Of a DNA stretch of 64,000 bases, positions 38,752-51,341 are shown piece by piece. Both the position numbers and the translations under genes were made by a program. The notes under the pieces were generated by a model, which did not search any database, had not been told where the DNA came from, and worked only from the letters and a program-made list of their open reading frames with translations. How positions within the stretch are numbered: position 1 is the first letter of the stretch; the number at the start of each line of letters is the position of its first letter. The DNA comes from Adineta vaga (lineage: Eukaryota > Animalia > Rotifera), in assembly GCA_021613535.1 (NCBI GenBank), contig CP075492.1, positions 9,610,001-9,674,000 of the forward strand, in the 5' to 3' direction.

Positions 38752-39774
38752 TTGAAATAAAATATTTTATCTTATGACATATCTCACTTCTTTTTTGACC
38801 TTGATAAACAAAATATCGATCTAGTATCCAGATAATGACGATCAAAAGATGTTCAGAAATATTTCATAGTTATGCGGTGAGGCAGCCATTCTAATCGTCG
38901 ATGTATATATCGCCGCGAAAATATTTTGCTAAAAACAAGATTTGCTTCATTAACTGACTGACGAGATGGCAACGTCATTTGATTCGCAAGTTATTATGTT
39001 GTCTATGCTACAGTAATGATCAAACCAGTACCCTTGACGTCATACCACTAATCAATTTGTGCCTTGTCAAATGATTATTGATCGAACTCGTTGCCTATCG
39101 AATCTATTTTTTTCTAATGTGGCATATAATAGGCGAAAGATTGATAATCGAACTTCGCAATATGAGTTTCCAATCATGCGAATAAACAAATGTAAATACA
39201 CCCACTCACTATGAAAATTGATATTCGAGATTAAAAATTGCACTACTATTCTCAAAGCAAGCCTTTCAAAATCGCTTAGGAATTGGTTATTTTTCTTTCT
39301 GCTTCCACATCGATTGATGTAATGAAATTGAATAAGATCAATAGAAAAAAATCCTTCCTTCTTTTTTATCCAAGTGTCGGTTCTATACAATGCAAGAAAA
39401 AAAAATGCCCTAACAAAGAAAAAAGAAAGAAGAAGACAAAGAAAAAGACGACAACGAACATCATATATGTATATATGTATATATAGATATGTACAATAGT
39501 CATTCGAAAACTGGTAGATATAATTCTGTATATGTATATATGTATGTATGTATAAAGAAAATTACAAAAAGAGAATGAGTAGTTTTTGGTGAGAGCGAAA
39601 GAAACGAAAAAACGCTGAAAATAATATTGACGAATGACCAGACATCTATTTCTTGATAAAAGTTTTCTTATTTTTTAGTAAATATATATATATATATATA
39701 TATGTATGGAGACAAAAGAGAATAAATATAAAACACACAGGCATCCTGTACAATACACTAGATGAATGACTAAA

Positions 39775-41713
39775 CTAATCATAAACACCTTGTGGAGGAG
39801 ATGGTAATCGAGGAAAATTCTGTTCATCAATGGAAATATTTGATGATTGATGAACAAGATTTTTGCCTGATGTTGGACTTGTTGGTGGTGGTGTTGATGA
39901 TAATGGAATAGAAGCATTATCAGCTGGGATTAAATTACCTGAATAAAGTCTTGTAGAACCACCATCTAAATATCAAATTCAATGGATTATAGAGAAACAG
40001 AAATTGATTTCATTTGTTATTACCAATCGAATTTCGTCCTTCATTTGTTGTTACCATTGTTTGTTGAGTAGTTGAATTTGGAGACATACTAAATAAAAGA
40101 TATTGACTGATTTGTTTACATTCACCACCGTCGATTGTGTTCACTTCATAAACACAAACGACACCATCGTAACCGGCAACAAATAATTTCAATGTTTTAT
40201 TTAATCTTCAAAAAAAAATCAAATTATTTATCATGAAATAGAAATAGAACAACTTTTACATACACATTCATAGCGATCGTTGTTTTCATGCCGGGTGATT
40301 GTAGATGTACACATGCAAACGATCGATCTTGTGTTAGAACTTCAGATGTTTGTTTAGGTAAATAATGTGCTACATCACTTAATTTACGACCGAAATAACC
40401 CATCCATGTAGCTTCTTCAGGTGCTCTGACGGAGAAATCAATGATTAACTAAGCTATGTAATAGAACAAAGGATCAATTACTTTTCTTTTGGATTAGCTA
40501 AACGAAATATATGGATAGTTTCCGTGTTGCTTGATGCTGCTAAAAACATTGCATCGGGACTAAATGCTAACGAATATATAGTTGCAACCCTAAAAATAGA
40601 AAACAGAAAAAAATCAGTTAAATATTGAATCTCCATTCAACTAACTAAAGAGTTTGTTGATTGAAATAAATATATACATACCGTCGAACTCCTCGACGAA
40701 ATTCAAAAAGTCGTGTACCATCAATAGCGCTATGAACACGAATTACGGTTCCCTTAATAAAATATATGAATATAAATACAAGTATTCTTAAAATTAATAA
40801 ACATACTTTATTTGATGCTGTCGCTAATTTTGTTCCACTCATATCAAAAGCCATTGCAGCAAGTGGACTTTCATGTGCACTTATCATAATACCTGGTCTC
40901 TAAATAATCGAAAACAAAATCGATATTTGAAAAGATCTACTTTCACATACTAGATTTAATGTATCAAAAACTTGTATTTCACCAGTGATCGAACTTCCCG
41001 GATATGCTAAATAGGAATTGTCACTATTTGATGACAAGGCACAGAGACCGTCACGATTCGATGGTACATCTCGAATCGTATGTAAAACTTTCATATCGCG
41101 CATATTATGAATATAAATGCTTTCTTCCAAACAGACAATAAGTCGCTAGAATACAAATGTAGACATTTATTTTCGAATTCATGAAAAGAAAATTGATTTT
41201 AGCTTACCAATCGATTGAGTTTAACAGCAAGAATTGTATTGGCAAATGAATAGGAACATATTTCAGTTCCTTTCTTAAAATGACAAACTTTTAGTTTACG
41301 TGGTGCTTGATTACTGACAAGTGCTGTTAATGAACTTGAAAATAAACGTTCAATTATACAGACATCATCATAAGCTAGAAAAATAAAAGCAGTTAATTAA
41401 ATCAATAATATCCCGTTATCTACTATCTACTTACCACAATCGTAAATTTCATCGATTTTATTATCTTGACTTATCGTGAATAATGCATAGGTCTTGCGTG
41501 TACCCATTGCTAATGATCTAATAGAATATCGAGGAAATGATTTGATGATGCTAATTTTTAAAGACAACAAAGAACTTACGTGCAATCTTGATTAAATGTT
41601 AAAGTAAGCACCTTATATTGCGAAAGCACATTGTTATCTGTTGAGCCATCAGTGCTGCTTCCAGCAACTCCACCAATCGCTCCACTACTAGGTCGATTAG
41701 TAAGTGCACTCAT
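39775..41713 (-). CDS. WIPI2: ATG18/WIPI1-2 PROPPIN autophagy protein, multi-exon
   Basis: [86 protein letters not shown] lipid-binding motif, [12 protein letters not shown]. Stop TAG at 39777-39775. Confidence 0.95.
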
Positions 41714-41871
41714 AGTTTTTCTCAATATTATCGTTCAATTAGAAATCAAATTTCAGTAAAACATAACAAAATCTGGAATAAAAAACAACAACAAATTAGA
41801 ATTCAAATTTCTGGGTTTTTTTCGTTTTTATCTAGATTGACATTTTTTATTCTGCTGGCTTCAATATGTAT

Positions 41872-41879
41872 GAGAGAGT

Positions 41880-41920
<41 letters not shown>
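41872..41920. repeat. (GA)n/(TC)n microsatellite in the NPL4 3' UTR
   Basis: Direct reading. Confidence 0.9.
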
Positions 41921-41925
<5 letters not shown>

Positions 41926-41971
41926 AATAAACATGAAAGGAAATTTCTATAAGGGAATAACGATTATTAGA

Positions 41972-44636
41972 CTAAGAACCCTTTTCACATGAACATATAT
42001 CACATGTTCGAGAAGAACCAGGATTAATATAAGTACATCGTGGACAATTCCATTCGGATAATGATGAAACTAAATCAGTTTGATCTTCATATTCCATAAA
42101 AGATGGTCGACTCCCTAATGATGGTGAACCTGGAGCTGAAGAACAAAAAAAGCATAATTGAAAATTCCATTCACTCTATATATATATATATACTTTGTGT
42201 TTGAAGAACTTGAACTATTGTTTGCCAGTCAGAACCTTCCATCCATGTTTCAACACCATTAAGATCATTCGTACGTAAAGAGTCAAGTAGGGGATCCAAT
42301 TGATCCTATACATTTATTATTAAAATATTATTTTAAGAATTTTTTTCATCATACCATTGAAAATGAAATGATGTCATTAACAGCTAAATATCTTAATAGA
42401 TGAATATCAGCTAAAATATCTGTTGCTTTATATTGACTTGCACTCGATGTTGTTACACCTGCAGCACCAGTTTTTGAGAATTGTTTTAAATATGATGCTA
42501 ATGCATTCATATCCTATTCAAAACAAAAAGATATTCTTTATCATTCGAAACAAAGAACAAGAAGTTTTTTTTGATCGATTTACTTGTAATTCTCCAATTT
42601 GCATTCGATTTTCTACACAAAATGGTGTTTTTACTGATGTACAATCATCATTAAATGTTGATTGTATTTGAGCATCAGCTGAAGGAAAACCTGTTGGAAC
42701 ATCAATGATCAAATATTCAAGTGGTAATGGACGGGCCGTTTTCATTATTTCATTATTATACGAATCTTTTTCCTTTAACGAAAGAAGCAAAATGAATGAA
42801 AATAATTCGAAGAAATTTTATTTCATTCTCACTTTATAAAATACGTCAGGAACATATTGTTCAGAACTTGTTTCTTTAATAAAACCCAATTCGGGAGCGT
42901 CATAAGTCGGTAATAAAATTTTTGATTTCACTAAAGCCATGCATTGATTTGAAACTTGATAACCTTCGAAATGAATTTGACCTGATGCATCACCGGTAAC
43001 AACAACAGTAACAAATTTGGAACCAAAGTAACCATCAGGTGAATATTTGCATACATTTGGATGATTGTTTTGAAGCCATGCTGCCATTATACATTCTTGG
43101 GCACTTAAAAAGTATGAATTCTATGATAAAATAACAGAAATGAACAAGAGTTTAATAGAAATTTTAAAATTCTGTTGTTTTTGTTACTACATACAACATT
43201 CCCACGATGATGAAGAACAGGACCACCACCAGATTTTGTTTCATCTGGAACAAGATCGGTGAAAATCCATCCAATTCGACGAATATTTAAACGACGAGCA
43301 ATATCATCGATCAATGCTTCATGTGGATCGGGAAGATTTAATTTCACACTATCTCTCGATGTTTCCTAGAAAAAGTAAAACAAATCATTCAAATAGATTT
43401 AATCAAATATTTTCTAAGGATTACAAACTTGTGGTGGTTCATAAATAGCGGAAACAACAGCACGAACACCGAGTGGTACACCATCATAGACTTCATAACG
43501 ACCATATAGAAAACCAATACGTTGATGACCTGATGATCGCCAATAATTTAAAAATCGATTGACCATATTTCCATTCTCAAACATAATATTGTCTACATGA
43601 CGATATGGCTAGAAATAATAATAAATTATTATAAAAACGATAGTTTGGTCTTTTTCTCTTACTTGTCGCATTAATGTAAGTGGATTTGGTTGACATTTTG
43701 TACAAACACCTTTTGGCCAAGGTGCATGACCAGTTGAACATTTCTCTTTTATCGAACAACTGATATTTTCTAAACTGGCAAATGTGTTTCTACAAAAATA
43801 CAATAGATAAAATACAGAGAAAAACAAACAATGTAATTTACCTATCACCATGTGATGAACTTTGTAATTTTCTAATATATGCTCGGAATGACATATGTTT
43901 GATAGGTGGATTTCGATTTTTTAAAAATTCTTCATCATACGGTTCAATTGGTATACAATGAATACATTTTCCATGAATATTATGATGACATCTAGATGAA
44001 ACAAACAAAGTTTTTTTTTTTCTTTAAATATTATCTTGAATGTTTTCATACAATTGTGGATCTCGCTGTCTTGGTACTCTTCCATCTATTTTATCTAATT
44101 GTACATCAACATCATCTTCTTTTATATCGGTATTGATATTTAATTTTCTCATATTATTCGATTGAAATGATCCAATTTTTGGTGAAGCAAAACTAGTTCC
44201 ATTTACTGGTGTATCCGATTTGAAATCTAGTTGTACATGCGGTGATGAATTCGTTTCAGTTGGAAATAAATTTTCTTGTTCAGCAACTAAATAGATCATA
44301 TCACCATGTTTAAAAGTGATCTTCGTTGGTGTTCGAGGTATTGGTGATTGTTTATTTTTTTCCTTATATAATGTAAATCCATCGACGGATGGTAATGAAA
44401 ATGAATTCGCAACCTTAGGAAAAAAAATATATAAAATAATCCCTTTCTGTTTTTCTGTCGAATAATTTTGTTTTACTTTTTCATAAATTTGTTTGTGTGT
44501 ATCTCGAGCAGAGCAATCAACTCGTTTAGTACCTTCAGATGATTGAATACGAATAACCTGTTAAGAAAAGAAATTAATTAGGAAAAACAACAATCAATTT
44601 CTGAAGAAATTTCTATCTTACAAATGGGTTTGACAT
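41972..44636 (-). CDS. NPLOC4: NPL4 (p97/Cdc48 cofactor), multi-exon, with C-terminal RanBP2-type (NZF) zinc finger
   Basis: [123 protein letters not shown]. Stop TAG at 41974-41972. Confidence 0.96.
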
Positions 44637-45420
44637 TTGAATTAAACTAAAAAAGAACTTATCTAAAGTTACAAGTATTACGTCTGAAATGATCTAGAAG
44701 GTAAAGAATAAACGACAGAATGAATCTATATATTATTGTTGTTGAGAGAGAGAGAGAGAGAAAAGCGTGTGACAGAAACACATACACATTGGCTAAGTCA
44801 GCTGATTGAATTGAAATAAAACATTTTATCGAATTTTTTTTCTCTTTTAATTCAATCAAATAAACAGATAAAAATATTTTTGAATTTTTCTTGAAAAATT
44901 TCCTTTTCGATTCATTCACCGGAGAGGTCATAAACATGAATCTGATTGGTCAAAAAACAAATAGCATATATTTATCATACACAAAGAACCACGTATCATT
45001 GTTAATATTACGTTTTTCATATGAAATATTAAATATTATTCATGTATACTCGTGATCGTGACTAAAGTAAAATTGTCGAGAGTATTCTTCAATGAAATGA
45101 TGTTATTCGGGAGTATTATGATGGAAATTTTTTATTCTCAATAAGCAAATAGTTGCACAATAGTTTGAAAAGAAAAACGTAACGTAGGTCAAACAGTTGA
45201 AAAATATTGATTTGACATTATAGTTAATGACTATTTTTTCTTCGTAAAACTGCTGATTGTGTATTATTGTAACTTTCCCATATATACATTTTCATCTTAA
45301 TTCGTCGTTGTATTATTTATTGAATATCTATTACCATAGATAGTGCAAGCACGTGATCAAATATTCATTTGTACTACTTGTAATTGAAAAACGTTCCGAA
45401 GAAATTATTTGATCTGTTTC

Positions 45421-46320
45421 TTAAATAAACTCGTTTGAAGGGCTTTTGATCAAATCGTTGATACTTAACTGTATATCATGATAAACGAATGTATAGTAAA
45501 AGATTGAACTAGACAGAATCATCAAAGAAGCAGCAAGGAAATTAATACTTGGTTCTGAAATAACAGAAGCCATTACCAAATAGATTGAAATCAGAACAAC
45601 GAATTCACCAGAATAAAAAACCAAACCAAGATTCAATGGCTTCTCAGTAATACAATACAGTTTCTTTTTTATATTCACAAATGATCTTCACCAACAAGCA
45701 TATCCTAAAGTCGAGACCTGTATTATCTGATTCATTTTTTTTTCGCAAAAAAAGGAAAAAGAACCTTGTACGAGTCGTACAAATCCAATTAAGGCGACAG
45801 TTATTATCGTTACTACCTTACAAATGACAAATATAATATGTATTCGACTAGTCAGAAATGCACTGATGGGATTAATATTGATAAGTATCACTTGAAAAGA
45901 CCCATATATATCTACTCAAAAGAGTTACAATAAACAGACAAATTGCAAAAATAGCAGTTATTTAGACAAGTTCTTGGGACAAGTCACAATCTGAATAAGT
46001 CGAATATGAAAAAAAAACCGACTACATTCAAAGAGATTTTCAATTGATCCATTCTAGTATTGCAGAGTAAATATTGCGATATTTTCTGATTATAAAGTCA
46101 GTGCACTTACACACAGTTATGACAATATTAAAAAGAGTTTCAAACATATGACAATTTTGACGCCATTTCTTGATGTAGCTTCTCCAATTTCTATACATTA
46201 TATAGTGCTCCTAGAAATGTCAGATCAATATATTTATGAGTTTATCAAGGATAATACCAAAGATGAAGGAAACACTGGAAAACAAATCTAAATGACAGTG
46301 AAGCGCTATTTCTTCAGTCG
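45421..46320 (-). pseudogene. Decayed SLC7/LAT-type amino-acid transporter
   Basis: Remnants: ASL-VI*IC (TM2, W->stop with frameshift), GAL..EIGEATSRNG, ISAFLTSRIHIIFVICKVVTIITVALIGFVRLVQG, KPLNLGLVFYSG fused directly to C-terminal helices (VLISIYLV..EPS..FYYTFVY). Stops, frameshifts and a large internal deletion. Confidence 0.7.
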
Positions 46321-46550
46321 ATAGTGCTTTGTTTATTCAATCGAATTTATTTATCATTTCACTTGTAAAAAAACCTTTCAGCGTAATTCCTAACGGAATT
46401 AAAAGTATGAAACAGGCTTATGCTGAACACCTTATAAATCCGATATCTGTTACGATTTCTGATAAAAGACTACCGAAGCCTTCGACACACGATTCAACGT
46501 TGTTTTCCTTCGGCACAGTTGACTTGTGATCTTCTGCTAATATGTATCTC

Positions 46551-46655
46551 TTACTGTCTGTGATGCTACTTTGACCATTCTGTCACGGTCTCTTCTGTCA
46601 CCGTCTGTGATACTATTTTTTACCTTTCTCTGTCACGATCTGTGGGGAGGGAGGA
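46551..46655. repeat. Cluster of short imperfect repeats (TCTGTCACNNTCTGTG) ending in a G-rich tract
   Basis: tctgtcacggtctc, tctgtcaccgtctgtgat, tctgtcacgatctgtgg, plus partial ttactgtctgtgat, followed by ggggagggagg. Confidence 0.5.
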
Positions 46656-46991
46656 TGGATGCAAATTTCTGCCTTTAAACACTTCAACGCTCTCTTTCAG
46701 ATCGTGTTTCACAATTCCATTGAGGTTGCAGGTAAATTACTTTTTTCGACAATGAATCACATCAGTATCGACTAAATTGAAAAATACTGTTCAACAAAAG
46801 AGAATTGGATCAGCTTTGTTCATGATCAGTACAAGATGATATTTGAAAAAAACGTTTATTGTATTCATCTCATACAAAACAAAAAGCACTGGGAATCTTT
46901 TGGTGTTCTGAAGAAGACAAAAGATGAAGCTGATCTATCTAAGTAACTTAGAACTATTCGTTATGGAAATTGTAGAATCGATGGATGATTT

Positions 46992-48951
46992 TTAGAAAAC
47001 ACGTATCATAGCCATACGATCTTTACCAACACCAATCCATTTTACTATAAAAAGAAACATGTATAAGAAGAAAAGCACGATAATGAAGTACGAACCTGGA
47101 ACACCGAGAAATTGTTCGATAAACTGAACATAGAGACGTGCATTATGCGGAAGAGAATTGAATGTACGACATTCCGATGTTGAACGTCCACGCCAACCGG
47201 GAAATGTTACATATTCAACCTCGATCATGCATTGTATCAACGGATGCTAAAGAAATGAAATTGAATGGAAAAAATATTTGAAATAACATTTATTATCCAA
47301 CCTGGAAAACTTGGTAATTCAACACCATTTCGTTTATATGTTGTAGCAATTTTAATTTCCGCTAATTCATCGAGTGTATCAAGTTTGGTCAAACATAATG
47401 CAGTAAAACCATTTATCATAGTTGTATATTGTAATAAAACAAGATCAAGCCAACCACAACGACGTTTTCGACCAGTAGTTACACCCCATTCACGACCACG
47501 TGTTTGTAAATGTTCACCGATTTCCTAAACACATACGAACTTATCGATAAAATTTCAATCATTAACTTTCGACATACATTTTTCAGTTCAGTAGGAAAAA
47601 CGCCATCACCAACACGCGTTGTGTATGCTTTGACAACACCATATATGTCACCTATATACTTAGGTGCAAGACCAAGGCCAGTACATACGCCACCGACACT
47701 ACAATTCGATGATGTAACATATGGATAAGTACCTAAAGCAAGATATTTCAGTCTTAAATCTTTCTTTTTCTATATTTAGTTGATAATCGTACCGAAATCA
47801 ATATCAAGCATTGTTGCATTCGCACCTTCCACAAGAATCTTTTTCGAACCATCAAGAATAGCTTGATTTAAAAAAGCAACTGTATCAATTATCATTGGAC
47901 GAAAATATTCTGCCAAGCCTTTAAATTGTTCAATAGTTTTTTCAATATCGATGTCCAAATCGGGAAATGTTAATTTATAATAATTATAAAGCTTTCGCAA
48001 TCTATTATATACAAATCAATGAATATACATCTATTTTTCAAATGAATGATTACTAACTTGTCAGTAAAAATTGAGAAATCACCTACTAAATCAACTGCAC
48101 GAATTCCATTTCGTGTTGCCTAAAAAGACTCTTTTATTCGATGAATTGAATTAGAGGATCAACTTTTACTTTGGATGAATATGTTGGACCAATACCCTTT
48201 TTCGTGGTACCAAGACTATAATCAGTGATGAAAATATGAATTGCACCTAATCAAAGAATTGATTATGCAAACGTACCTACTACTTCCACGTCCACGTTCA
48301 ATTAAACCGTCACTTTGTTTGTGAAAATCAAACACTAAAATTCGTAAAGTTATCTTCATTTTTCAATAAAAATATTTCTTTCTCTACCAAGGTGTGCTCG
48401 ATCAGAGATCAATAGACGTTCTGACCAATTGGTGACACCACGTTTTTCATTTTTTTCTATTTCTTCAACTAATTCTGGCAAATTAACGACACAACCATTA
48501 CCTAAAAATCAATTAATTCCTCATTCATTGAATACCGTTACAATCTTCTCATATCGAATTAGTTACCAATGATATTCACACAATTCTGAAGATGAAAACC
48601 TGATGGAAGCATATGAAAATCATATTCAACACCTTCAACAACTACACTATGTCCGGCATTATTTCCTCCCTAGAAACATAATCATTGAAAATGAATTCTT
48701 CGAATAAACTGCAGATAACAATTTACTTGACAACGACAAACAACATCAGCTTCAGATGCTAATAGATCAACTAATTTGCCTTTTCCCTAGAATAATAAAA
48801 TTTCATACTATAAATTATAGATATTCTTTCGTCATCGACTTACTTCATCACCCCACTGTGCACCAAGAACGATAGACACCATTGATGGACTAGGAAACGG
48901 ATGGATAGTTGCACTACTCCGGCGAGTACATGTTGTAGGACGAGATGCCAT
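46992..48951 (-). CDS. ADSS: Adenylosuccinate synthetase, multi-exon
   Basis: [93 protein letters not shown]. Confidence 0.97.
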
Positions 48952-49998
48952 GCTGCTACTTTTTAAATCTATAGTATCGAAAAACGAATAAATACTTAGA
49001 TAAATGTAATGCAGTAAAACTGATTTGTATAATAAGAAGAGAAAATTTTATAGAAAGAAAAAGAAAAATGATGATAAATACCTCGATGATGAAGAAAAAA
49101 GTCTCTATTACATATTTTTATGATTGTTATAACCAGGGTTTTTGCTGACAGGAATATGCAAAACTATACTGGATATAGAAGAGAAAAATCAGCGTCATAA
49201 TATAATCATCCATACTGTTCCATGCAAACGTGATAAAACATTTTATAACCTAGAAATGCTGTATATATATATATATGTATGTATTCGATTCGAATAGACC
49301 CTTGTACGAAGATATGTAGCTGTACATGAAAATATGTAATATGAGTCACATCCTGTTGATAAAATGACGATATACTAAAAATATACTGACGTAGTAATGA
49401 TTTTTATTTATTTTGAACACGAATGAATAATTATGACATATATATTAATGTATACTATTGATAGAGTCGACCTCTGTGAACTTTCTATTGAAGAAATTGA
49501 AGTCGAATAGAAAAACAAATGACTCATATGAATAGTGCTTATCTTCACTTTTACCTACTGCTCTGCTCTTCTTCTGCTTTTTCCATGGTCCTATTCTCAT
49601 CTAAAGAAGATGATATTATGATATAAACTAAAGATTATCTATAAGAATCGAAAGGGAAAATAGGGTTTAATCAAGTCACAAATTAATAATAGAAGCATAC
49701 TACTTCTATAACCTTTTAATTATTGGTTTGAAACTACGGACACTAACTCAACATGTTTATCATATGTGATATGAGTTCGTGTTGCTTCGAATATGTTGAC
49801 AAAAATGGTGAACAAATAAGATTATTTGAAAACTTGTACTGAAACAATCTGTACATTCCATCAGGATTTAATTCAAGAACTTGATAAAATTTAGACATTT
49901 ACAAAGTTATTGAGAATATTGATACGAAGATTATCGATTTTGGATAGATTCTGTAGAGTAAATATGAAATGACGAATTTATATTTAGTTTTAGATAAT

Positions 49999-50787
49999 AT
50001 GACTGATCAAACATCAACACCAGGTAACATTCGATCAGAAATGGTATGAATAAAATCGAGTTAGAACAAAACTTTATTACTATATTTCTCAATGCTTAGA
50101 ATCTTGCTTATAATTTTAGATTGATGTAGCCACTGGATTTTTACAAAATTCAAAAATTGCCAGTGAACAAATGGAAAGAAAACGTGCATTTTTACAAAAG
50201 AAAGGTCTATTCAACTCTTTCCTATTCATTTGTTTTTCTTAATAACATCACTCGTGCTTTTAGGTCTTACAGATACTGAAATTAATCATGCTTTTCAACT
50301 AGTACCGCAACAAAGTAAAATCTTCCATTCCTTTACATATAAGATATCATTTCTGTTTATAGACGTAACGCAACAAATCGTTTCCAATCAATCAACTTCT
50401 TTTTTCTATCGATTTCTAAAAGATCTAGCTATTGCTGGACTTCTCGTTTTTTTTATTAAACTAATCAAACGATCCTTTCATTCAGTAGGGAAATTACTTT
50501 CTCATCCATTAAGTTTTCTATTTCAATTATAGAATCAATCAACTGAATTGCATGAGACAGTAAAAAATCTTCAAAAATCCATCGAAGATATGCAAACTAG
50601 TATTGTTAAACTTGAACAAACAACTGATCAATTAAATATCAAAATTCGAACATCAAATATGAATCCATCTTCATCAGCAATCGATGAAATCAAACAAGAA
50701 GTTCAATCATTGAAAGAATCTTTTCTAAATCGTTCACAATTTCCATCAATTCCATCTTTACGATCTACTACTTTTCATGTAAACTAA
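49999..50787 (+). CDS. PEX14: Peroxisomal membrane protein PEX14-like (short form), 5 exons
   Basis: Pex14_N domain IRSEMIDVATGFLQNSKI..ERKRAFLQKKGLTDTEINHAF, a TM segment, a coiled coil, and EIKQEVQSLKESFLNRSQFP. Confidence 0.85.
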
Positions 50788-50920
50788 ACTAAATTCATTC
50801 ATTTATTCATTCATTAAAAAATAATAATTCTTTCGTTTTTTAGAAAAATACTACAAATCAAAATACTATCGATAGTGATAATGATGGTATTATAATTATA
50901 TCGGAACAAGACAAAAAAAG

Positions 50921-50948
50921 TGATGATGATGATGATGATGATGATGAT
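50921..50948. repeat. (GAT)n microsatellite
   Basis: Direct reading. Confidence 0.85.
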
Positions 50949-51341
50949 CATTGATACGATTTTCTTCTTAATGTATTTCATATCTTCAGTAAATAACGTT
51001 TCTACAAACGAAACAATATGAGATCTGTATGATGTCATCGAAATGATTTTCTCAAGAACATAAATTATCCTTAGTTTAATATGAATTTTTATTATAAATT
51101 AAACGAAAAGAAGAGAAAATATTTGGTGAGAAATAAGAATTTCATCTTCTTTTGAAACAAAACAAAACAAAACTTCTATTTGTATTGCATTGCAACTGTG
51201 AATGAAGTGAAAAAATTTCAGTCTCTACGTCATGTATCTGGCAATCGTGTAGTGAACTAAATGATCATGAATAGCTGCTGTACAATAGAAAAAAAAAAAA
51301 GACGAAGACGAAGAAGTTTCAAACGTAACCATTGTTTTCTT

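Noticed and set aside
38959-38985. CTGACGA-GATG-GCAA-CGTC resembles a hammerhead ribozyme core with a GNRA-capped stem II
   Set aside because: The required GAAA after stem II is absent (ATTT follows), and no stems I/III with an NUH site could be built.
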